From: a virus
Taxonomy: Duplodnaviria > Heunggongvirae > Uroviricota > Caudoviricetes
Length of the DNA: 64,000 nt
IMG/VR virus record: IMGVR_UViG_3300023171_000010
Span: 1-64,000 of that record
Strand: one strand, 5' to 3'
The notes beneath the pieces were generated by a model. It did not search any database. It was given only the letters and a program-made list of their open reading frames with translations, and was not told where the DNA came from. A program made the translations under genes and the position numbers. Shown here in pieces: positions 37,217 to 45,566 of this stretch (positions are counted from its first letter, which is position 1; each line of letters begins with the position of its first letter).

Positions 37217-38614
37217 TTAAAACTTATAACGGTCTTTCATTACAGCATCCATCATGACAGACTCTGGGGTCATAGACCCACTCAACAAGCTCTTCATAAT
37301 AGTTGGACTAAAGCCACTAACCAATACCGTTCCCTCAGTTCCTTTCGTTACTGGAACTGTACCAGATGAGCAGTTTACATTCCAGAATACAATCTGTGGA
37401 AGTTGATATCCTGATTCTTCATAAGCTTGTTTGAATGCCTGATAGGCTGTTACTTGATTCCCATCACGAATGCAGCTATTAAACTGCATATCTGAAACAA
37501 TCAGAAGCTTTGTGGGCATTTCATCTGCTGGAACACTATACTGTTTAGCTACACCAAGAAGGGTCGTAAAAACTGCTTGAATGTTTGTACTCATTCCCCA
37601 AGGCGCTTTCTTCAAAGCTGCAACTCGTTGTTGCAATGTACCCTCAGACCGGATTAACTGAGGTTGTTCTGAGAAAGTCATAAAGACGTTCTTAAGAACA
37701 CCAATGTTTCGTTCTGACAAATACAACCCCAATGAAACAGCGACATCCATGCAAGTAGTTTCTGACTTACTTGAAGCTCCACCTGCTTTACAACTCATAG
37801 AGCCAGATACGTCCACAATTGGGAGGAAACGTTCTGTACTGTCCTCCAAATAGTTAGGAAGGGCGTTCCACTGAGCCGAAGCAACAACTCCATCTCCATA
37901 CGCCACAGACTTAACTACATCGTAAGGATAAACAACAGAAGCATTAATCTTAGCTTCACCTGTTTCAAGTTTAGCTTTATATTCTTCGTATTCTTTCTTA
38001 GCGTTGCGACCAAATGCTTTTTGATAACGGGCGGCAGCTACAGACGGAATCTTTTCAAAATCAATTTGATCCCATTGCTTTGCACACATCTGTGTTTCAA
38101 CAACACTCGTCAACTCCACCAACATCTTACGATATTCTTTAGGTGTTTTGATTTTCATGTGTTTGCGCAAAGCAGATGCTGTGTTACCTTGACGTGGAAG
38201 CCATTTAGCACAGAGGCCGTTGTTATCAGCCAAACCTGTAGAAATTAAATCAAAGGCTTGTAGTTGGAACTTAGTTCCTTCAAATATAAGCAAATCATCC
38301 CAACGTCCAATTTCAGGAATCAACGGAATAATTTGTTCCAATACTTTATCTTGATGTTCAACAAGAACACTCAATAAGTCTTTAAACTGTTGACGCTCAC
38401 CAGCACCTTCTCGTGCATCGCGAAGCCATAGAAGTGTGCGAATAGCTACGTCTTTGTTTTCAGCCAGAGCTTTCACAAAGTCTGATTTGATATCTTTACC
38501 ACGGCTTGCCCCAGAAACATAGAAGAAATCTAGGCAAGATGACAAGCTGCTATGATGGGTAATAGCGCCATTCTCAGTTAATGCTGTGTTATTAAAAGCT
38601 TCGTACAAGTTCAT
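37217..38614 (-). CDS. vWA (MIDAS DxSxS) domain protein with helical N-terminal domain; Ro60/TROVE-like or DUF2828-like candidate
   Basis: GGAG RBS then ATG at 38614 (MNLYEAF...); C-terminal IVDVSGSMS MIDAS motif; N-terminal TENGAITHHSS..LDFFYVSGASRG loosely resembles the Ro60 N-terminal motif; the track's N-terminal extension runs into a tRNA-like element. Confidence 0.5.
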   Translation of the reverse strand: MNLYEAFNNTALTENGAITHHSSLSSCLDFFYVSGASRGKDIKSDFVKALAENKDVAIRTLLWLRDAREGAGERQQFKDLLSVLVEHQDKVLEQIIPLIPEIGRWDDLLIFEGTKFQLQAFDLISTGLADNNGLCAKWLPRQGNTASALRKHMKIKTPKEYRKMLVELTSVVETQMCAKQWDQIDFEKIPSVAAARYQKAFGRNAKKEYEEYKAKLETGEAKINASVVYPYDVVKSVAYGDGVVASAQWNALPNYLEDSTERFLPIVDVSGSMSCKAGGASSKSETTCMDVAVSLGLYLSERNIGVLKNVFMTFSEQPQLIRSEGTLQQRVAALKKAPWGMSTNIQAVFTTLLGVAKQYSVPADEMPTKLLIVSDMQFNSCIRDGNQVTAYQAFKQAYEESGYQLPQIVFWNVNCSSGTVPVTKGTEGTVLVSGFSPTIMKSLLSGSMTPESVMMDAVMKDRYKF

Positions 38615-38652
38615 AATTTTCTCCTTAAGATTAATATCAGAATCACATTTAC

Positions 38653-38711
38653 GTGCTCTACCAACTGAGCTACATGAGCCTAAACCCATGACAGGACTTG
38701 AACCTGTGACC
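38653..38711 (-). ncRNA. tRNA-like element (T-arm module followed by acceptor/D-arm module, permuted order)
   Basis: - strand reads GGTCACAGGTTCAAGTCCTGT (variable + T-arm) then a CATGGG/CTCATG hairpin then GGCTCATGTAGCTCAGTTGGTAGAGCAC (acceptor 5' + D-arm); no canonical cloverleaf can be closed. Confidence 0.35.
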
Positions 38712-38792
38712 ACGACTTTATCATAGTAGGTTTTATTGCGGTAGTGATTCTTCGTTTTGCCTATTCAGAATGTACATATCTATATGCGAGAG

Positions 38793-38920
38793 TGGATTGC
38801 TGTAGACATTCTTTGGGGCTTATCAGGCTCTACTTTACTTTTCCAATAGTTTGAGATTGCTGTAGAGAGCCTTTAAATTTCTTTCTTAGGAGTAGTATAC
38901 ACTATAAATCTTGGATTGCA
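38793..38920. repeat. three GATTGC-core repeats phased at about 60 bp
   Basis: TGGATTGCTGTAGA at 38793, GATTGCTGTAGA at 38855, TGGATTGCAAGC at 38912; spacings 60 and 59 bp. Confidence 0.4.
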
Positions 38921-38940
38921 AGCTTTTAATAAAATATATT

Positions 38941-39015
38941 TGGAGCGGATAGGGAATTTCGAAATCCCGACGAACAGCTTGGAAGGCTGACACTCTGCCT
39001 CTGAGTTATACCCGC
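38941..39015 (-). tRNA. tRNA-Gly-like (anticodon TCC), non-canonical T-stem
   Basis: 75 nt; acceptor GCGGGTA/TATCCGC, D-arm ACTC-AGAGGCA-GAGT, anticodon loop CTTCCAA, canonical T-loop TTCGAAA but T-T at 53:61, encoded CCA. Confidence 0.4.
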
Positions 39016-39492
39016 TTTAATTCATTGCTCCCCGTCACACAAAGGGAAGACTTTAAACTCTCGTCAGAGTTCTTCAAGCCCCTTAAAGGGAATTAGACAA
39101 TCTTCGTCAAGATTGAATGTGTTCGCAAATAAATTAAAGACAATTAAAACCCTTTATCCGCCACAGGCTGGACCTTGTTACAGGTAGGGAAGACAACCTT
39201 AAAACTATAAGGGATCAGAAGTCTTTTTACTTCAACCTCACATTACCCAATCTTAATTTAATAAGAACAGGGTAGGTCAATGTGAAGGTGCTCCGCGATT
39301 GCCTCAATGACAACTCTCCCGAAGGCTTTAGTGATATCAACGCTCTAAAGCATTTGATATATTAGCTGAATAATACCACCTTCTGTCAGCGTCACACTAC
39401 TCAGCCGAAGCATCTTTTCTAATATGTGAACCACGTTGCCCTTTTACAGTACCTATTATACACTATTTTTGATAAATAGCAAGCATTATTTA

Positions 39493-39669
39493 CTAATTAT
39501 CACTATCAGATAGGATCTTTTTAAACACTGTCCCATAATATGAGATTGACTCGTGTTGGTATTCCCAGCGGAAAGCACCATCTAAGTATTCATCCAAACT
39601 TCCATCGACATCACATCTGCATTCTAAATCTTCGGCCCCACAATCTGGGCAGTAATTAACTTCTCCCAT
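39493..39669 (-). CDS. small Cys-rich protein (CPDCG...CRC zinc-ribbon-like)
   Basis: 58-aa ORF read directly from the sequence, AAAGAGG RBS about 11 nt upstream of ATG. Confidence 0.3.
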   Translation of the reverse strand: MGEVNYCPDCGAEDLECRCDVDGSLDEYLDGAFRWEYQHESISYYGTVFKKILSDSDN

Positions 39670-39750
39670 AATGTGGGAACCTCTTTGTTTTCTAGATAAA
39701 TCAATTAAATCACAAGTGTCTTAGGTTTGTCAAGCTTTTGCATAAAATAA

Positions 39751-40191
39751 TTAAATTTTTCTATCAAATGCATAATACCTATCTGTAGCAACAGTTGAAG
39801 ATACCTCTTTTGCAGCTCTACGATAGTAGCTCTTAAAGAATAGCTTAGCCCGTTTCTTATCAAACCTCTCTTTCAAGAACCTCTTAGAATACTTCCAAGC
39901 AATGTATTCTTCTTTTAGGATGCAATCTGTTTGGTTATCAAATAACATCCTACGAGTGTTTGGCCCACCAAATGTCTTTTTGTAAATTTTATCCCAACGT
40001 CTCAAGTGACCAACCTCATGCATAAAGCTATTAATGAATTTGGGGTAGAATGGATTTATCATAACTTGCATCTTTCCAAATTCAAAATTATATAAGCACT
40101 CAGCATTTCTCATCGAATGAAATGGATTCCACTTGATATTGTATTTACGGCAAACACTTAAGGCTAACATCCAGTCTTTTATTAGTTTCAT
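39751..40191 (-). CDS. HExxH zinc-metallopeptidase-like small protein
   Basis: 146 aa with FMHEVGHLRRWD. Confidence 0.45.
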   Translation of the reverse strand: MKLIKDWMLALSVCRKYNIKWNPFHSMRNAECLYNFEFGKMQVMINPFYPKFINSFMHEVGHLRRWDKIYKKTFGGPNTRRMLFDNQTDCILKEEYIAWKYSKRFLKERFDKKRAKLFFKSYYRRAAKEVSSTVATDRYYAFDRKI

Positions 40192-41426
40192 ACCACTACA
40201 CTCTTCTTGTAAATTTCACCTTCGTCTTTCCAGCTGATAGTCACTGGAACCCATTCCTCTACCCCAAACTGTTCACGGAAACTGTCGCCCATTGCTTTAG
40301 TAAGCAAATCAATATCACTTCGCTTTACAATAAAGCTATCATGCACTGGCAGACATGGTTTACCTTGATCTACAAAATGCTTCAATACTTTATGGGCTAA
40401 CCAACTATCATCATTCTGTAAACGAAGACCATAACTATCATCGCGGCAGAAATACTTTGAGAACTTAGGAAATGCTTCCATGATAAGGAAATGAACATAA
40501 GTACCTTTTGTGAAAGTCATATCGGGATCATCTTTGTATTTGTTAACTTCCTCCTGAATGGCCTTCTGTGCAGACTTCTTGTCTTTTGCGTTAAACATAA
40601 TATTAACTGCAAGCTTTACGATGAGACGATTCATATCTGTCTTTTCATCATCTGGTAAGATATCCATATACACGTCTTTAGGTAGACTGAATGTGTCAAT
40701 ACCTTCCTTTGCTGCACAGATACGGAAATGCAGTGAATTATAATCAACTTCAACAATCTCTTCACCATCAATAGTAATATCTAGACGAGTGGAGGTCTTT
40801 TTATTTTTAATGCGTAGTACGTCAGACTTATAGAACCTACCACCATGATCCATATCGGTGTTAAAGATACGGCAGTAGAAGTTAGTTAGAGGTTTAGTAT
40901 CTCCAACACGAATAATACAGGCTTCATTGATCTTGTTTAGATTCTGTACAAGCTCTGAAGCCTCTTTAAGCCTTTGTGTATTAAAGAAATTAGTATCTAA
41001 CCCTTTCTCATCACGTAGCTGAATTGTTTGATACGCGGACATGTAGCTATTATAAGCTATTTCTGCTTGTTCTTCGTCTGTGCAGAACTCTTTAATAAAT
41101 TCATCAGTAGGTACAATGTAGCTCATTGTTCTGTTCTCCTTGTTGCTATGTGCATTACCAATAACGTTGATAGCATAACCTAATTCTACAAGAATATCAA
41201 CACATTTAATTACTTGTGTTGGATTTATGTTCTTCTTGTTTGAATTGACATTAGGTTTGTACTGCTTACGTCTTGAGTACATCAATCTATCTTGTTTCTT
41301 AAGGCAAGCTAACATATTGGTTATGATTACACCCATTACAGAAGGATATTTAACCTCCATAGCTCTTACCCTGTTACTCACTACTACTCCAACCTTAATA
41401 TTGTATGTTAGCAATCTCGTACTCAT
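40188..41426 (-). CDS. large hypothetical protein (possible nucleic-acid enzyme)
   Basis: Start at second ATG after the GGAGGAGGAAGAGGAG RBS (MSTRLL...); Lys-rich; motifs LDITIDG and LPVHDSFIV hint weakly at a polymerase or primase-type fold. Confidence 0.4.
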   Translation of the reverse strand: MSTRLLTYNIKVGVVVSNRVRAMEVKYPSVMGVIITNMLACLKKQDRLMYSRRKQYKPNVNSNKKNINPTQVIKCVDILVELGYAINVIGNAHSNKENRTMSYIVPTDEFIKEFCTDEEQAEIAYNSYMSAYQTIQLRDEKGLDTNFFNTQRLKEASELVQNLNKINEACIIRVGDTKPLTNFYCRIFNTDMDHGGRFYKSDVLRIKNKKTSTRLDITIDGEEIVEVDYNSLHFRICAAKEGIDTFSLPKDVYMDILPDDEKTDMNRLIVKLAVNIMFNAKDKKSAQKAIQEEVNKYKDDPDMTFTKGTYVHFLIMEAFPKFSKYFCRDDSYGLRLQNDDSWLAHKVLKHFVDQGKPCLPVHDSFIVKRSDIDLLTKAMGDSFREQFGVEEWVPVTISWKDEGEIYKKSVVV

Positions 41427-41651
41427 ATTCTCCTCTTCCTCCTCCACCTATATCTCCTTTCTACCATATGGGGGTCTAATTTAGCTACAAGCTAGACAGG
41501 ACGTGGCCTACAGCCAGATCCCAGCTATCATAGTTTGATTTATGTGCCTTCTCTGAAGCACAATGTCTAGCCATACTGGCATATAAAATGTTCTATGTCA
41601 ACCACCTATTCCAATAAAATCTCACCCCACATAAATTACTCAAAAATACCC

Positions 41652-41680
41652 TTGCAATCCATGGATCACTATGCTATGCT
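41652..41680 (+). promoter_or_regulatory. sigma70-like early promoter candidate (TTGCAA-17-TATGCT)
   Basis: In the divergent intergenic region, 30 nt upstream of the RBS of gene 41711. Confidence 0.3.
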
Positions 41681-41710
41681 TCTTCTATCAAATAAAGAAG
41701 GAGAGAACAG

Positions 41711-41917
41711 ATGAACAAATATCAGAAGCAATTGCTAGTAGCTTCACCAACAGCAATTATCAGCTTTTTAACTCTTTATCTTACATATCCATTGATGTGG
41801 GTTGGCCTAGTTATGATTGTACCCTTCATGCTTAGTTTCTGTTGGGTTTTAGGTATAATCGCTTGTATGGGGATTGAAAGCAGATTTGGAAAATGGATTT
41901 TGAGGGATGATAAATGA
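41711..41917 (+). CDS. small membrane protein (two TM)
   Basis: 68 aa, AAGGAGAG RBS. Confidence 0.4.
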   Translation: MNKYQKQLLVASPTAIISFLTLYLTYPLMWVGLVMIVPFMLSFCWVLGIIACMGIESRFGKWILRDDK

Positions 41918-42078
41918 CCAAACTAAAGCTAATAGAAAAACCCTATGGCAAGAAACGCTTTGCAATATTCTACAAACGTGAGAAGCTAGCTGAGTTCTCC
42001 ACAAGAGAATCTGCGAACGCATTTGCTGAAATTTACCTTGTACCGCCTTACAATATGAATAGCTGCTGGAGGGTTTGA
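41914..42078 (+). CDS. hypothetical small protein
   Basis: 54-aa ORF read directly from the sequence, ATGA overlaps at both ends. Confidence 0.3.
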   Translation: MTKLKLIEKPYGKKRFAIFYKREKLAEFSTRESANAFAEIYLVPPYNMNSCWRV

Positions 42079-42079
42079 A

Positions 42080-42409
42080 ATGAATCTAGATTTTAATGTT
42101 ACGTTGCAAGATACAACTGAAAACTTTAATAAGTTGCTTGCTGATTTCCCTAACTTAAAAATGAAGTTGGGGGATTTGGAGTATCAAGTAGCAATCCACG
42201 AAGTGAATAATACAGTTGATATTCGTTATCAAGATGTAAATGGCTTCATTGATAGGTATAGCCCAAGAGTAATCAGCGTGAAAGGTTTTGGTTTAAACTC
42301 CAAACAAAAAGAATTGGATGAAGCTGTAGCTCTTGTAAATAAGACCAAGAAAGAGTACAAAGAAGCTCAACGTAAGCTGTCTGAGTTGAATGGACCTAAA
42401 GCACAGTGA
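42080..42409 (+). CDS. hypothetical protein
   Basis: 109 aa. Confidence 0.45.
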   Translation: MNLDFNVTLQDTTENFNKLLADFPNLKMKLGDLEYQVAIHEVNNTVDIRYQDVNGFIDRYSPRVISVKGFGLNSKQKELDEAVALVNKTKKEYKEAQRKLSELNGPKAQ

Positions 42410-42437
42410 ATAAGTGCAGAGTTACCGAGGAAAACAC

Positions 42438-42686
42438 ATGAAAGAAAACGAGATACGATTCCTTGTAAGCTTGGATATGGATAGGACAAATGGAACGATT
42501 CAAGAGCTTCTTATGCGCCCAAATATCCTGAACATGCCCTACCACAGAGCATTGGAGTATCTGGTTAAACAGACCTTGGAGGAAAAGAAAGCTTTGACAG
42601 AAGAGAATCGTGTGCTAAGCTCATGTCTAAAGAAGCATAATTTGTACCACAGGGATAATGTCCTACCAAATCATGAGGGGAGGTAA
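42438..42686 (+). CDS. hypothetical protein
   Basis: GAGGAAAA RBS then ATG at 42438 (MKENEIRF...). Confidence 0.4.
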   Translation: MKENEIRFLVSLDMDRTNGTIQELLMRPNILNMPYHRALEYLVKQTLEEKKALTEENRVLSSCLKKHNLYHRDNVLPNHEGR

Positions 42687-42689
42687 TTA

Positions 42690-42857
42690 ATGAAAACAGT
42701 TCAGCCTTCTCCTTCATCTTGGCAATTTTATACTAATTCTGTAAAAGAATCCCTTGGACGACCATTGACTGATAAAGAATGTTCACTGTGTATGCAACGC
42801 TATATACACAGCATACCTTGGCAAGATGTTATTAAAGAACTACAGGAGAAACAATGA
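42690..42857 (+). CDS. hypothetical small protein
   Basis: GGAGG RBS; 55-aa ORF read directly from the sequence. Confidence 0.3.
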   Translation: MKTVQPSPSSWQFYTNSVKESLGRPLTDKECSLCMQRYIHSIPWQDVIKELQEKQ

Positions 42858-43189
42858 CAGATTTCAAAGAACTTAAACGAGAAACACTAGACAGCCTAAT
42901 CATCAACGATGAACGTACATCACTTGTCTTTAGGACTGTTTCAGGCTACTTGTATTTCTACGAAGGCAATATTCGAAGCGTATCTGGCATGATAGCCTTT
43001 GATGCAAAGTATGGGAATACTGAAGGGTTGCCTTTGAAGAAACTTAAATACACGGATAACTGTTTGCAAGTGCCATTTGAAAAAGAATTCTTAGTGATTA
43101 TTCACAATGGCTTGACTTATCAAGGAAAAGTGCTAGAATCTGTGTTGAAGAACGCTGCTAGTTACAGTCAAGTGGTAGAAGACTTTTAA
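42854..43189 (+). CDS. hypothetical protein
   Basis: 111 aa, ATGA overlap. Confidence 0.45.
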   Translation: MTDFKELKRETLDSLIINDERTSLVFRTVSGYLYFYEGNIRSVSGMIAFDAKYGNTEGLPLKKLKYTDNCLQVPFEKEFLVIIHNGLTYQGKVLESVLKNAASYSQVVEDF

Positions 43190-43200
43190 GGAGAAATAGA

Positions 43201-43413
43201 ATGAAATTTAGGGTTTTAGAAGACGGTGGGCTATATTATCCACAATATAAAAAGTTTTTGTTTTGGTTCGGTATACCTGTAAGAGAACATACTTGGGAGT
43301 ATAGATATGTAAACTATGCTTCAAATGAACAACAAGCCCTAGATTCTATTGAACGGTTTAAAACCTTGGGGGATATTTCTAAACCTAAAATTATTTTTGA
43401 GGAGAACAAATAA
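43201..43413 (+). CDS. hypothetical protein
   Basis: 70 aa, AAGGAG RBS. Confidence 0.4.
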   Translation: MKFRVLEDGGLYYPQYKKFLFWFGIPVREHTWEYRYVNYASNEQQALDSIERFKTLGDISKPKIIFEENK

Positions 43414-43637
43414 TGGACACAACACGAGGAACCCTATCAAACGGAATATATACATCAGAATCTGGTTTAGTGTATTATGTTGGTGATGATAAAGAATATC
43501 TCTTGAATATAATTGCAACAGTTGCTACACTAGTGGAAGGTGATGTCTCTTTTGAGAAGGCTATTGCGACGATTGAGACAGATATGCGGTGGATGGAGAA
43601 GCTTAGGGAAAGGCAGAGTTGGCGAGAGATAGTGTAG
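43413..43637 (+). CDS. hypothetical protein
   Basis: 74 aa. Confidence 0.4.
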   Translation: MDTTRGTLSNGIYTSESGLVYYVGDDKEYLLNIIATVATLVEGDVSFEKAIATIETDMRWMEKLRERQSWREIV

Positions 43638-43705
43638 AAGAAGGTGGTGAGGTTGTGTTTGTGGTAGGGTAGTTTTGAAACTTAACTAGAGAAAGGAAAT
43701 ATACT

Positions 43706-44491
43706 ATGGGTGCGAAAGAGCGCAACTTTTTAACTGTTGTGGATGGTCAAGAGATTGCCGTCCCAAGAAAAAGAACCAAAAGCACTAGGAACGGAGGAGT
43801 GAAGCCAGAAGTTAAAGAGAAGTTCGTAGCATTCGCATCAAAACGTGACCCACTTGTTGCAATGAATGGTCGTCAACAAGAATATATTAATGCTGTACAG
43901 AATACCAGTTTTGTGATCTGTATTGGAGTTTGGGGTTCAAGTAAATCTTTTATCCCTTCCACAATTGCTGCTGATATGTTAATGGATAAAAAAGTTGATC
44001 GTATCATAATTGCACGGCCTGCTGAGGGTAAAGGTAAGTCTATCGGATTTCTTAAAGGGGGTAAGGATGAGAAACTTCAGCCTTGGTGCGCGCCGATCAC
44101 AGATACTATTAAAGCTCGTGTAGGTCAAGGCAACTATGAAGCTTTTCTTGCTAACGGTAAAATTGAAATGTTGGCCTTGGAGCACGTAAAAGGCCGTAGT
44201 TGGGATAATGCATTCATCATTGTAGATGAAGCTGAAGACCTTGAACCAGAAGTTGCTAAGAGCTTGGTTGGGCGGCAAGGGGTTAACAGTAAATGCATCG
44301 TTACGGGTGATATTGCACAACAGGATTTGAAAAAGAACTCTGGTCTACAATATATTCTTGATGTTGCAAGATTTTCTAATCTTCCAGTGGAATTGATTGA
44401 TTTTGATTCTTGGGATTACTGTGTACGATCTGAAGAGGCTAAAATGTGGGGGATGGCTTTTGACGCATTTGACAAAAAGGAGAGTAAATAA
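43706..44491 (+). CDS. phoH: PhoH-like ATPase
   Basis: GVWGSSKS P-loop variant, IIVDEAEDL Walker B, PhoH-like C-terminal region. Confidence 0.6.
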   Translation: MGAKERNFLTVVDGQEIAVPRKRTKSTRNGGVKPEVKEKFVAFASKRDPLVAMNGRQQEYINAVQNTSFVICIGVWGSSKSFIPSTIAADMLMDKKVDRIIIARPAEGKGKSIGFLKGGKDEKLQPWCAPITDTIKARVGQGNYEAFLANGKIEMLALEHVKGRSWDNAFIIVDEAEDLEPEVAKSLVGRQGVNSKCIVTGDIAQQDLKKNSGLQYILDVARFSNLPVELIDFDSWDYCVRSEEAKMWGMAFDAFDKKESK

Positions 44492-44492
44492 T

Positions 44493-45278
44493 ATGAGTGA
44501 AGAAAGTTTTATCCCAATGTTCCCACCACAGAATGTCTTTACAACAGAAGTACGTGGTCAACAGCATACTTACTATCTTACTGGTCCTATTACAGAGCCG
44601 GAAAATTACGTAAGCCTATGCAACACTCTTCGCACCAGTGGCCCACAGGACGAGGTGATTATTCGTATCAATAGTAGAGGTGGTGCAGTATCATCTGAAC
44701 GAATGATCATCAATGCAATTCAAGAATCTCAAGCTAACGTAGTTGGATTTATTGAATACGACTGTATGAGCGCTGCAACAGGGGTATTTTTGGCGTGTAA
44801 ACAACATGATTGGGCAGATCATATCCAGTTTATGGCCCATTGTGCGTTTTGGGGATCTATCGGTAAGAATCCTGATGTGAAATCCCAGACTGAATTTGGT
44901 ATTAAACAACTGGAGGAGGAAATCACCTCAACATATAAGGGCCTGTTAAATGATGATGAAATCCTCTTGTGTAATGATGGTAAGGAATTCTGGTTTGGTG
45001 CAAAAGAGCTTGAACGGCGCATGGAAGGTTTCTATGAATATCGGAACTCACAGCCTTGCAATTGTGGCGACGAAAGCTGTCCTCGCAATCAGAGCTTGAC
45101 TCTAGAAGAAAACGAAGAAGATTTCCCAGAGTTCAATCTAGAAGAAATCATTGAGAAAGCTGTAGAAGCTGGTGTGAAGAAGGCTCTTGCTGCACGGGAT
45201 GCTAAGGAGAAGAAGTTGTCCAAAGCTAAATCTCCACAACCAGCTATGCAACCCGAAGGTTTTGACATTATTAATTAA
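44493..45278 (+). CDS. ClpP-like (S14-fold) protease homolog
   Basis: AAGGAGAG RBS; ClpP-like core NSRGGAVSSERMIINAIQ...DCMSAATGVFLAC...HIQFMAH; acidic C-terminal tail. Confidence 0.5.
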   Translation: MSEESFIPMFPPQNVFTTEVRGQQHTYYLTGPITEPENYVSLCNTLRTSGPQDEVIIRINSRGGAVSSERMIINAIQESQANVVGFIEYDCMSAATGVFLACKQHDWADHIQFMAHCAFWGSIGKNPDVKSQTEFGIKQLEEEITSTYKGLLNDDEILLCNDGKEFWFGAKELERRMEGFYEYRNSQPCNCGDESCPRNQSLTLEENEEDFPEFNLEEIIEKAVEAGVKKALAARDAKEKKLSKAKSPQPAMQPEGFDIIN

Positions 45279-45289
45279 AGGAGATTGAA

Positions 45290-45505
45290 ATGGATATTGA
45301 AGAGCAAGTAAACAAAGTTTTATTTGAAATAATCAAAGAGAATAAGATCCCATATACGCAGGAAGGTATTGATAATCTACTAGAACTGACGTATGAAAAA
45401 CTTGGTCCTGTCTCTTACGAAATAAAGATTCACCCATTGACAGAAATCTCTCCTGATGATATTGCACAACGTAGATTGCCCAAGATTGAAGTAATTGTAA
45501 AATAA
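45290..45505 (+). CDS. hypothetical protein
   Basis: 71 aa, AAGGAG RBS. Confidence 0.4.
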   Translation: MDIEEQVNKVLFEIIKENKIPYTQEGIDNLLELTYEKLGPVSYEIKIHPLTEISPDDIAQRRLPKIEVIVK

Positions 45506-45566
45506 TTGTTGACTGAAACAATCTGTCGGCTTACAATAGCGACAGATTAACTAAAGGAGATTAAAT

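Noticed and set aside
36959-37369. 136-aa + strand ORF
   Set aside because: Spans the tRNA-Asn and tRNA-Ser genes and the 3' end of the vWA gene; an artefact of an open frame across structured RNA.
38615-38713. N-terminal 33-aa extension of the vWA ORF in the track (MVTGSSPVMGLGSCS...)
   Set aside because: It is translation of the tRNA-like element; a GGAG RBS and ATG at 38614 give the likely true start.
43675-43705. Promoter-like TTGAAA-19bp-TATACT upstream of phoH
   Set aside because: A 19-nt spacer is outside the usual sigma70 range, so it was left unannotated.
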